This document shows, one piece after another, positions 35,101-44,839 of a DNA stretch of 64,000 bases. Where the stretch lies: NCBI RefSeq assembly GCF_030684315.1, contig NC_081373.1:31721989-31785988 (forward strand), in the 5' to 3' direction. Every line of letters starts with the position of its first letter. The first letter of the stretch is position 1. The DNA is from Stegostoma tigrinum (taxonomy: Eukaryota). The notes below the pieces were generated by a model that was given only the letters and a program-made list of their open reading frames with translations, was not told the origin of the DNA and ran no database searches. The position numbers and the translations under genes were made by a program.

Positions 35101-36842
35101 GAACTGTATAAAACACTAGTTAGACCATAGTTAGAGACATGCATACAGCTTTGGTCAGTGGATTACAGGAAAGATCATTCTAGAGAGAGCAAGTGGAGGT
35201 TTACAAAGATGTCGTCAGTATGAAGCTTTTTAATGATGAGGAAAGATTAGATACACTCAAGTTTTTTCATTTAAACAATTGAGGCTGAGGAGGGAGTATT
35301 AGTTGAAGTAGATAATATTATGAGGAGCCCAGACAAAGTGAATAGTAAGGACCAATTTCTGCTAGCAGGGAGGTTAATAATCAAGATGTATAGGTTTAAC
35401 GTGACTAGCATAAGGAGTAAGGGAGGGTTTAATGAATACTTTATTTCAACAAAATCATGGTGAGATCCTCAAACTAACTTCCTGAAAGGGTGGTTAAAAG
35501 AAACCTAATTGCATTTGCAAAATATTTGGACACACACATGAGGCACTGTAAATTACACAGCTATGAACCAAGAGCTCAAATATGGGTTATTTTCACAGGC
35601 ACATTGGGTCAAACGGACTTTATTCTCTTAATAAGTAGAAATCTGTCTATATCATGAATATACTTATTAAACCATGGTTGACAGCATTCTGCAGTAAAGA
35701 TCCCACAGATTTAGTACCGTTGGACAGTGGAAGTTCCTCCTCATCTCTGTTCTAACTGGGTGACCACTTACTCTGAGGCAATGCTCTTTAGTTTAACTTT
35801 CCCACAAGGGGAAGCAACCTCTCCACATCTACCCTGTCAAGGCCTGTAATAACTTTATATGTTTGAATAAGGTCTCTTCAGATTCTGCTAAACTTCATTG
35901 AGAACAAGCCCAACCTACTAAATCTTCTTATAGAAAAATCTCTCCACACCCAGGATCAAACTATTAAGCCTTCTTAGGACTGACTCCAATGTCAATATAT
36001 CTTTCCTTAGATAAGAAGAACAAAACTATTCACAGTATTTAAGCTGTGTCTGACTAGTGCCTTATATTGTTTTAGCAAGACTTATTTTTATACTCCATTC
36101 CCTTTGGAATAAAGGCCGAAATTCCATTTGTCTTCTTTATTATCTGCTAAACCGAACACTAGATTTTAGTGAGTCATACAACAGGATCCCTCTGTGCTGC
36201 AGCTCTCTGCAGTCTTTCCAAAGTTAAGTAATATTCCAGCCTTTCTATTCTTCCTGCCAAAGTGCATAAAGTAATTCTTCAAATCATTTCAAATGTACAA
36301 ACCCTAATACAACTTCTGCTGATCACAACGTGACAACTTCAGTGGGTACTGTGTTATAATTTCAAATCACTTGCATTTTAGTATCTGAAAACTAACACAA
36401 AGTCAATAATTATTAAAAAATTTACCTTCTTTGATAAGTCCTGAAGTGATATAAATTCAAATGACAAAACAGGAATTAAAGTTGCTTGAAGGCCATGTGA
36501 AATAAACTCCTGATAACAAAAACAATTCAAATTCGATTGTGATAGAAATTCTGATTCCTTTTCATATAAAACTGCATAATTGAGCTTACACTGTTGTGTA
36601 ATTGCCTGCAAAATGTCTCCTCCAAAAGTACATTAGCCATACAATGATTAATCAAGATGTTTTGCATTAAGGTTGTATTAATAAAAATCTATTATTTTGA
36701 ATAAATATTTGCATACAATAACATTTGAAGAATTATAGAGATATAAAAGATCAAAATTAACACTTTCCCGGCCACTTACCTGAATATAAGGATCAGCTCC
36801 CAATTCTCCTTCTTTGGGTTCTTTAAGCAAAAGGACTTTCAT
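11053..36842 (-). CDS. UROS: Uroporphyrinogen-III synthase, complete CDS in 9 coding exons (786 nt, 261 aa)
   Basis: Exons 36842-36780, 36509-36426, 31488-31392, 27842-27765, 23947-23873, 22296-22213, 19388-19303, 13547-13449 and 11172-11053 are all GT-AG and in frame. Motifs [57 protein letters not shown]. Confidence 0.96.
11322..11960 (-). mobile_element. CR1 LINE 3' fragment (UROS last intron)
   Basis: [17 protein letters not shown]; [22 protein letters not shown]. Confidence 0.88.
12405..12700 (+). mobile_element. CR1 3' end fragment
   Basis: tggaatgtgctgcc...ttggataggcacatgga; TTCTATG tandem tail. Confidence 0.7.
12716..12945. mobile_element. Older fold-back PLE pseudo-LTR element
   Basis: Diverged inverted arms (tttgagtcca / tggactcaaa, cagatgctgcc). 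Confidence 0.55.
13373..14067. repeat. Local direct duplication A-B-A'-B' around UROS exon 9
   Basis: 13373-13437 resembles 13920-14003; 13862-13919 resembles 14010-14067. Confidence 0.8.
13449..13547 (-). CDS. UROS: UROS exon 9 (99 nt)
   Basis: [33 protein letters not shown]; cactag acceptor, GTACTT donor. Confidence 0.93.
14912..16997 (-). mobile_element. 5'-truncated Penelope-like retroelement (RT plus GIY-YIG endonuclease, Cys-linker/Neptune-like) with 3' pseudo-LTR
   Basis: Long open frame with [44 protein letters not shown] and [15 protein letters not shown]. 10-bp TSD CCACATCTCG at 14902-14911 and 16998-17007. Confidence 0.9.
14976..15003 (-). ncRNA. Minimal hammerhead core in PLE pseudo-LTR (UROS intron 8, sense)
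   Basis: CUGAUGA-a-GGG-ucuagg-CCC-GAAA-CGUC intact; stem I is only 2 bp. Confidence 0.5.
19303..19388 (-). CDS. UROS: UROS exon 8 (86 nt)
   Basis: [29 protein letters not shown]; tttcag acceptor, GTACGT donor. Confidence 0.92.
20125..21550. mobile_element. Highly decayed Harbinger-like DNA transposon (Myb/SANT-like remnant on plus, possible transposase remnants on minus)
   Basis: Plus-strand pieces [18 protein letters not shown] and [12 protein letters not shown]...[11 protein letters not shown] resemble the Harbinger Myb/SANT-like domain; stops and frameshifts throughout. Confidence 0.4.
22213..22296 (-). CDS. UROS: UROS exon 7 (84 nt)
   Basis: [27 protein letters not shown]; ctgcag acceptor, GTATAT donor. 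Confidence 0.92.
23873..23947 (-). CDS. UROS: UROS exon 6 (75 nt)
   Basis: [25 protein letters not shown]; tandem TAGTAG acceptor, GTAAGT donor. Confidence 0.92.
25230..26100 (+). mobile_element. Decayed CR1 3' fragment
   Basis: caattctgggtgccacattatagg and ttttcactcagcgagtagtt, CR1 ORF2 end motifs. Confidence 0.65.
25455..25645. mobile_element. Fold-back PLE pseudo-LTR element (centre deleted), nested in a CR1 fragment
   Basis: Arms agctcagcaggtctggcagcatctg / atgctgcctgacctgctgagct; same family as 52378-52588. Confidence 0.7.
26602..26688 (+). mobile_element. Short PLE pseudo-LTR fragment (a related minus-strand fragment lies at ~26923-27017)
   Basis: aagggtctaggcccgaaacgtcagcttttgtgctcctgagatgctg...ttatct, truncated inside the hammerhead core. 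Confidence 0.8.
27765..27842 (-). CDS. UROS: UROS exon 5 (78 nt)
   Basis: [25 protein letters not shown]; caatag acceptor, GTAAGA donor. Confidence 0.92.
28383..29003 (-). mobile_element. Decayed PLE of a different (Poseidon-like) family with inverted ends
   Basis: Ends ttgctgaaaaaagacacattt / aaatctgtcttttttcagtaa are inverted; minus-strand remnant [32 protein letters not shown] resembles a PLE endonuclease C-terminus; hammerhead relic at ~28402-28438. Confidence 0.6.
29944..29963. repeat. Short imperfect (TG)n microsatellite
   Basis: gtgtatgtgtgtgtgtgtgt. Confidence 0.7.
31392..31488 (-). CDS. UROS: UROS exon 4 (97 nt)
   Basis: [32 protein letters not shown]; GTAAGT donor. Confidence 0.94.
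31790..32910 (-). mobile_element. Decayed CR1 RT fragment
   Basis: [12 protein letters not shown] and CKMMHF remnants. Confidence 0.65.
33920..34270 (+). mobile_element. tRNA-derived V-SINE (HE1-like)
   Basis: A box TGGCTCAGTGG, V-domain-like ctgtgtggagtttg..gtgggtttcctc, CR1-like 3' tail gattctatg. Confidence 0.75.
35050..36270. mobile_element. Two decayed CR1 3' fragments, tail-to-tail (plus ~35050-35600, minus ~35690-36270)
   Basis: ctgtataaaacactagttagacc on plus; the complementary motif set on minus. Confidence 0.6.
36426..36509 (-). CDS. UROS: UROS exon 3 (84 nt)
   Basis: [28 protein letters not shown]; ttatcag acceptor, GTAAA donor. Confidence 0.93.
36780..36842 (-). CDS. UROS: UROS first coding exon (exon 2, 63 nt coding)
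   Basis: [21 protein letters not shown] then GTAAGT. Confidence 0.92.
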
Positions 36843-36943
36843 TTCTCACACTTCATCAGAATTGCTAACATCAATAGGATTACAAATAACTAAAATGCTT
36901 CGTACGCAGGACTGTAAACTGAAATGTACAGGCACACATTTTG

Positions 36944-37113
36944 TTATAACAAGATAAGTGTGTCACTTAGTCATCGATGCCTCCATTTTGTAGCCACGCC
37001 CTGTTTTAAGGATTGGATATCAATATCTAAGAGTTTCATTCAAATTCAAATTATAAAGATTTACACCGCTGTCTGTGAACTACCCTTCAACAAATGTGTG
37101 TTTTTACGATAAG
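36944..37113 (-). promoter_or_regulatory. Candidate erythroid-specific UROS promoter upstream of exon 2
   Basis: TTATAA 36944-36949, AGATAAG 36952-36958, KLF-type CCACGCCC 36994-37001, CCAAT (minus) 37012-37016, CGATAAG 37107-37113; all within about 270 nt of the ATG. Confidence 0.45.
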
Positions 37114-38479
37114 ACTTTTTTGTTAACACTAGTTTCTGTCTCCATCTCATCTTTCTAGGAAACGTTGCTTCAGACACTCAAAGAGGTGGCTGGGTGTAAA
37201 AAGCAATATGTAGCAAATGTATGAAGAAATAATTGTACATTACATAGTGTATATTCGAATCTCATTACTGTCATTAATAAAGCATTTAATACACAGGTTA
37301 GATGAATACTGCTAAATACCACACCAATGTTTCTTAGTATCATTGTTAATGGGGCAAAGGTATAATATTTAATTATTTGAATATGCCTGTTTGACAAAAC
37401 TTGTGTTAGTTAAGTCTGTGTCCTCAGCTAAATTTTCACTTGCCTAGGAATGGTGAGGATATTTGTAACTCACTCAATTCTATCCTGTCAGCCACATACT
37501 GGGCATTGAATCTTGAATTTTTCTCAACTGCACTATTGTTTAATGTTATGGCAACATACTTAACGGCATACTGGGAGATTCATGTTTCTACTGCGCATTA
37601 AGAATTCTTAAGTGAATTTCTCATTTTAAGTTTGTAACACCTTTTCTATCAATTCCTTTGCTTTCACTTACTGTACCTCACACATTTACTTCCATTTCCT
37701 GTGTGTATTTATTTCTGTCCATTCATCCTACATGTACTTGATCATGGCTCTGTTCTTTTCTCTCTGTTTCTTGGATTTTACAGGGCACCAGTCTCTGCAT
37801 TCTCAGCTAAAAAGTAGATGGATGGGGAGCCCACTAATGATCTTGATGGTTGTCCCACAGCAAATTAACACTGGAAGCAGGGCTAATTGCTTTAAGGTGA
37901 GACTTCTTTTGGTTTCTCAGGAGGAAAAGTATTGGCCAATTAGTAGCTCTGTAGACTAAGCAACACCAGCTGGGCATACTGGCCAATGCTATTGCCACAG
38001 ACAGTTATATCATGTCGAAGAGTCCTCGTAATTCTGGAGTTGGGGATGTCAGTGGGGGAGTGAGGTTGGGAGGCTGGGTTCATGAGACCAGGGATCAGAT
38101 GATACATGGGGTTGGCCTAGAGGACTTGCAATGGAGTTCTCCACAACCCCTTCAACTGTACTCCTTGCCTGACACCAGCCTATGCAATTAAAGCTTACCG
38201 GATTTCCCACATGATGTCAGCCTCCCCAATACAGGTCAAATAATAGTGGCAGAGGAATCCTCAAAAGGTCCAAGGGCAAGTGGACAGCAGATGTCTCCCC
38301 AACGTAAAATTTTAGAAATGTCATGAGGTGGCCGAAAGATCAACAGTTTGATTTTACACGCTTCCTACCTTGACAGAAAGCAGAAGTGGCAGGGATAGCA
38401 AGGCAAGTTAATTGTAGGAGGAACCTTATAAAATTGCCAACAATAGTTGCAAACCTGAAGATTTGGAGAATTTTACAAT

Positions 38480-39980
38480 TCAGCAAAGAAGGACAAAGAA
38501 ATTGTTACAAAAACAGAATGGAATGAATGTAAGTAGTAAGAAACATAAAACAGATTGTAAAAGCCTTTGAAGATAAATATAAAGGAAATAATTAGTAGAG
38601 ATGAATGAGGGTCCATTATAGTCAGAGACAGATGAATTTATAAACAAGACAGAAATGGCAGAGAAACCAAATAAATACTTTTTGTCTGTCTTTACAGAAG
38701 AAGGCAAAAGAAGTTTCCTGAAATAATGAAGATCCAGAAGTCCAGTGACCAATTGTAGAAATGAAAGAAATTAGTGTTAGTAAAGTTATAGTATTTTGGA
38801 AATTACTCCGACTGAGAGTTGACAAACCCCTGGGGCCCAATAACCTTCAAACAGATACCTAGAGAGACAATAGATGCATTAGTGATTACCTTTCAAAAAT
38901 TCTGCAATGGTGCCTACAGATTGGAAGATTGAAAATTTAACCAGACTATTTAAGAAAGAAAGGGGAGGGAAAACATCACAGCTTTATTGGCTTGCACCAG
39001 TAGCAGGTAAAATACTAGACTCTGTTTTAAAAAAATGCTTTTACTGGGTATTTAGAAAATGGTTGTCTGATTGGACAGAGTCAACATAGATTTATGAAGG
39101 GGAAATCAGATTTGACAAATGTGATGAAGATTTTGATGATGCTACTAGCAGATAACAAGTGGTTATGGGATATTTGGATTTTCAGAAGTCCTTTGATAAA
39201 GTCTCACATAGGAAGTCGGCAAACAAGATTAAAGTGCATGACATTAGGGATATTGTGCAGCAATGATTAAGTATTGGTTAACACACAGAAAGCTGACAGT
39301 AGGAATGAATAGTTAATTCTCAAGTTGGTAGGGTATCTCATTGCTTAGGCCCCAGCTGTTCATAATCTGTATCAATGATCTGGGGACCAATTATAATATT
39401 TCAAGTTTGCAAATGATTCAAATGGGAATTTGAGCTGTGAGGGGGGAGGCAATGTGGCTTTAAGAATCTTAGACTGAATCTGTACTCAAGAGCATGGTAG
39501 ATGGAATATAACATTGATATGTAAAAAGTTTATCCACTTTGGTAGGAGCAACAAAGGTACAGAATATTGCATTAATGGTGTTGATTGGAAAATGTTGAAA
39601 TCTAAAAAGACCTAGATGTCCTTGATCATAGGTCACTGGCAGCTAGTATGCATCTGCAGCAAGCAATTCAGAAAGCAAATCGACTGTTGGTCTTTATCCC
39701 AACAGAATCTGAGCACAGGAGTTAGAGGTTCTTGTTCAGTGTACATAAAACTGGTGAGACCACAACTAGATTATTGTACACAGTTCTGATCCTCTTGGCA
39801 TAGGATTACAGTAAGGTTTACCAGATTGGTTTATGGGATGCTAAGACGGTCCGATGAGGAGGGATTGAGCAGACTGGGCCTGCATTCCCTGGAGTTTAGA
39901 AGACTGAGAGGTGATCTACGAGGTACTTACAAAATTCTTGAAGGGATAGACAGGTGTCAAGTAGAAAAGATGTTTCTTGA
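38480..39980 (+). mobile_element. Decayed CR1 ORF2 fragment (UROS intron 1)
   Basis: VPTDWKIENLTRLFKK, ttggattttcagaagtcctttgataa, LHSLEFRRLRGDL. Confidence 0.75.
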
Positions 39981-42174
39981 GGTCTCAATCCAGCAGATGT
40001 TGCCTCAGAATAAAAGCCAAACCATTTAACTTGGTGCAGGCAATTCAAGAAGCACTGTTTTGGCTTGGGAATTTAATTTATAGCCTGAGAACTATGTCCG
40101 TTATATTTATTCTAACTTTTTCCCAACTTGAATACAAGTTGCAACATGGAGAATTACATTTTTAAACTTTCCAACAATAAAAACTTGTTAGTCATGAGGC
40201 TAATAGCCTTTCCTTGGTTGTTGATTGCTAACATTGCAGCTGCCACTAAGCTCTTTTTTGAAATGATCCAAATGCTTTGCTAGATAGGAGTAGCAGTAAA
40301 ACAGTTGATTCAGCACTATAGCGTTTAATAAGTTCATTTGGGTTCAGGATAATGCAGCTTTTTGGACCAGCAACAATGCCAGACCCACATCCAATATCTT
40401 GATTTCTTATTCATAGCATGATTATTCATAATCCAATTTTACATTACTCTATTACCAATGAATCCTGATGGGCAAAATTATCATGAGGAATCTGTTTAAT
40501 CAATGGAAGCACAGACCCTAATTTTCCGACTCACCAATGTGAACAAAAACCTCTTATTTGCTTTGTACATGATGAAGGACTATTGATCCAGTCCAGTACA
40601 TTGTCTAAACATGTAAATGTGGTGCCTGTAGTCACTGTCTAAGTGATTAAGATCTGAATGAAAAGCAAAATCACAATGGGCACACTTTTACATGGGTTAG
40701 TGACGGAGGGACAGCTTACCCAATGCATCCCCCACACCCCACAGCAAAGTCAGTGAGGAGTGGATTGACCAAGAAGAAAGCCACGCTGCAGCTGTAGCTA
40801 TTGCACAGGAGGGGATAGGGGTGTTAGTGCTGGTGTATCAATTGAATTCGTGGATGAGACTGGGGCAGCTACCCATCACTGGGGAGAGGTCCCACCTCTT
40901 GAAGCTGCTGACCAACCTCATTAACTAATCGCTCCAGAAGTCAGTTTGGCTCCTGTCCACCTACCATGGTATGGGAGTGAGCTCAGAGATGGGTGAGAAA
41001 GGGGTGAGGTTGGCACCCTTCCAAATTTACATACCCACTCTGCCAAAAACACAGAGGTGCATGTAAAATTCAGACCATATCTTGCAATGCTTCCCTCTAT
41101 GGTTCGCTTTGTGCATATCAATATTGATCTTTCTGTTGCCCATTCAGAGTATTTATGCCACTCAGTGTCATTTCCTACTATGTACATATCTCAGTCACTC
41201 AACATACAATCCCTTTGCATGTAGCTGTCAGTCAAACTATGCCTTTGTCAATGTGATATTCTGTAAGCACCTGTGATTGAATTGTTAACTGTCACTCTTA
41301 CTCAGTACGTAGCTGGGTGTCAGTATTCTGCTAGATAGGTGTCATTCAGTTTATGCGGCTCTATATGTAACTGAAATTCATACTGTTTTATCCTTGTACC
41401 ACTCATCTGATATGTACCTCTCTCTGTAACTTCTCAATCTCTTGATTCTTTCACTGTTTCTAAATTATCAGACTAGTTGTCTGACATCTAACAACAAAAA
41501 TCACTTCCAATTAAATATTGGGAAGATTGAAACCATTGTCTTCAGTCACTACCACAAATTCCATTTCATCACGCTCTACGGCAACCATCTGAGGCTGAAC
41601 CAAATTATTCATAACATTAGCAGAATATCTGACCTCAGTACCCGTTTCAGACTATATATCTGCCATCACCAAGACTGTCTGATTTCTAACTCCGTAGAAT
41701 TACCACTACCTCAGCGCATCTGCTGGAACAGTGATCCACACTTTTGTTATTTCTAGACTCAACCAGTCTAAAAAGCTCCTGGCTTCCTTCCCACATTCCA
41801 AAATCTTAAGCTCATCCTAAATTCTGCAGTGTTCTTGCATTAGTCTTATTCATTCATCAATCCTTTATTAGCCAAATTGTACTTGCTTCTGATCAAACTA
41901 CTCCCAAGTTTTAAAATTCAAATTTTTTTCAAATCCCTCCATGGCCTCTCTCTGGAATTGCCTCCAGACTCTCTATGTGTTTCTGACTGTACATTTCTGT
42001 CACTTTATTTCACTGTCAACTATAAATGGATCAAAGGATATAGGGCAAAGTCAGGAGCAAGGTATTTAATTGGATCATCAGCCATTATTATTCTGAATGG
42101 CACAGCAGGCTTGAAGGGCTGAGTGGCCTATTCTGGCTCCTATATTCTATGGTTCTATGTCAATGTTTCTACAT

Positions 42175-42455
42175 GGTGGCTCAGTGGTTAGCACTGCTGC
42201 CTCACGGCACCAGGGGCCCGGGTTTGATGCCAACCTCAGGCGACTGTCTGTGTGGAGTTTGCACATTCTCCCCATGTCTGCGTGGATTTCCTCCCACAGT
42301 CCAAAGGTGTGCAGGGTAAGTGGATCGGCCATGCTAAATTGCCCATAGTGTTGAGGGATGTGTAGATTAGGGGGATGGGACTGGGTGCGATGCTCTGAGG
42401 GTCAGTGTGTAGATCTGTTGGGCGAAGGGCCTGTTTCCACTGTAGGGATTCTATG
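42175..42455 (+). mobile_element. tRNA-derived V-SINE (HE1-like)
   Basis: tggtggctcagtggttagcactgctgcctcac, B-box-like ggtttgatgcc, tgtgtggagtttgcacattctcccc, tail agggattctatg. Confidence 0.78.
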
Positions 42456-43039
42456 ATTTTCTACTTCTACGATCATTTTGAACTGTCACATTGTCTATGT
42501 TTTTGACTGTAGCTTTTTGCATATTTCAGGCTGGCACTGAGTATTGTCACTCTCTATATTTCTAACTGTCACTATATATGTACTTGAGGCTATCCATTTC
42601 TATGTATATCAATCTGGCACTTTCTGTATATTTCAGGTAGTCCTTTAAATGTCAGCTATGTACCCAGAGGTTATCACTCACTCTTTACATTACTTACTAT
42701 CATTGACTATGTATTTGATGGTCACTGTACATTTTGGACTGTTCTTCTCCTTACATATTTTAGACCACCCCTCCCTGTATTTCAAATGTATCTTTATAAT
42801 TCAGACTGTCCCTCTCTATGTAAGAAGGATCTCTATATTACAGGAGATTTCTTTTTATATTACTACAGGGACCTTTACATTCCAGAAGTCTCTCTCTTTA
42901 TTAACAAAAGGTACCTACATATTTCATACTGTCCCCTCTCTGCATTGTAGGCGGATCTCTGTATACGCCACACTATCCCTCTCCATGCATTTCAGATAGA
43001 TCCCTATATTACAGACAGTTTGCTCTCTCCACCACATAC

Positions 43040-44270
43040 TGCATCCTGTCTGGACTCCCCAGATTTCAGACTGTGCCAATTATATTCCTTCTGCAACAGT
43101 ATTCCAGATCGCCTCAATAGTATTCCAGACTACCCCTCCCCTCGACAGTCCAGGCACTCCCACATATTCCAGACATTTATATTCCAGACACCCCTGTATT
43201 ACTCATGTCCTCCCGACAATCCAGGCCCCTTCATGATATTCCAGTCCTCACCATTTCCAGACTCCCTCCTACATCCAGACCCCTACATATTCCAACTCGT
43301 ACCCCATATTCCAAAGATTACTCTTTCCAGATCCACCCCTATAATCCAGACTCCCCCAATATTTCAACCGTCCCTAAACTCCACATCTCCCCTTATACCC
43401 GAATCCACTATATTTCAGTTACGACCTATGTTCAGTCCCCCTTACATTCCAGATGTCCTCTACATTTCAGTTCTGCCTACTAAGAGTCCAGTCCGTACCT
43501 ATAATCCAGATGCCCCCTACATTTCAGTCCCTCCCTGTATTCCACATCCACCCTACATTCTCATCCCCCATATTCCAGTCCCCACAATTATATTCCAACT
43601 CCCCACTTTATACTAGATCCCCTCTCTATTCCTGTCTTACTATGTTCCAGTGCTTCCTTATATTCAATCCCCTATATTCCAGTACTTCTCTATATCCCAG
43701 ATGGCCCTACATTCCAGTCCCCAATGTTTCAGTCCTTGTCAAATTCCAGATCCACCCTATATTCTCAACGCCAATATACCCGTACCTACACCTTTATTCC
43801 AGTCCTTCCTTAAATCCCCACTCTATTCCAGTTCCTACTATGTTCCAGTACTTCTCTATATTCAGTCCCCAATATTCCAGAACCTCTCTGGACTCCAGAT
43901 CCCCCCCATATTTCAGTAAACCCCTAGATCCCAGATCCATCCTATACTCTAATCCTGCTATATTCCAGTTTCCCCAATTACTTTTCAAATCCCTACTTTA
44001 TTCCAGCCCCTCTCTGTATTTCAGATTAAACCTACATTCTAGTCCCCCTATACTTCAGATCCTCTCTCATATTTCAGTTATTTCAGTTCCTTCAAGTTAC
44101 TCCCTATGTTCAGTACCACCTACCATCCAAATCCCCCTCCCCTTTATTTCCAGTCCTCTTCTATTCCTGCACTCCCATTTTCCAGATTCCTTTCTATTCC
44201 AAACCACTACATTCCATGGTCCCACCACCCCCATATTCCAGTCCTCCCTTTATCCCAGTAGCTCTCTCTC
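43040..44270. repeat. Degenerate C/T-rich minisatellite-like tract (~17-20 bp unit CCCCATATTCCAG)
   Basis: Dozens of diverged tattccag/tatttcag cores; explains the spurious Pro/Ser-rich ORFs. Confidence 0.75.
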
Positions 44271-44445
44271 TTAGGATCAGGTGTGGAGCTGCAAGAACAC
44301 AGCAGGCACGGCAGCATCAGACGACCAGGAATTCCCGATGTTTCGGGTGTGGACCCTCCTTCAGAAATCTCCTCTCTATTCCTATTCCCACCGCGCCCCC
44401 ATTCCAGGTCCGCCCTATATCTACAATACTACAGACTTATTTCTC

Positions 44446-44735
44446 ACTCACTGCCAAGGCGTTCCCACCGATGACGTCACCGCAGGTCGCCCGCTTTGGG
44501 GTCGAAGGTCATGAATGGGCAGCGCCAAATGATCCCTGCACCCAACAGTAGCTTTAATCTGACACTCACAGAAAGAGGTGTTTCTTCACACTTCACACGA
44601 TACGGAATCGCAGATGATTTTCGCGGCAAGTGGGAATGGTTGTCACGGTTTAGAGCAATGATTTCCGGCTGTGGAAAAGGCCCCCGGGCAGTGTAGTTTC
44701 CGCTGACGTTGCGCTCTGGAAGATGGCGTCTTCGG
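44446..44735. promoter_or_regulatory. CpG-rich bidirectional UROS/BCCIP promoter with probable UROS non-coding exon 1
   Basis: CpG-dense patch. Full CRE TGACGTCA at 44472-44479, E2F-like TTTCGCGG at 44619-44626, ETS-like ATTTCCGG at 44661-44668, ACTACA-type motif (minus) at 44686-44697, YY1-like AAGATGGCG over the BCCIP ATG. Minus-strand donor GTGAGT at 44451-44446. Confidence 0.7.
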
Positions 44736-44839
44736 CCAAACGGCGGCAGCTGGATCCGGCAGTAGAGGAGTCTAGGGGAAGTGGAACGGAGGAAGAGTCT
44801 GGGGACAGTAGTGAAGAGTCGGAGCCGGAAATACACCAA
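44723..44839 (+). CDS. BCCIP: BCCIP exon 1 (117 nt)
   Basis: MASSAKRR plus acidic tract, then GTGAGA donor. Confidence 0.88.

Noticed and set aside
43020-44274. 198-aa and 273-aa Pro/Ser-rich ORFs
   Set aside because: By-products of the C/T-rich degenerate repeat; no domain motifs or splice context
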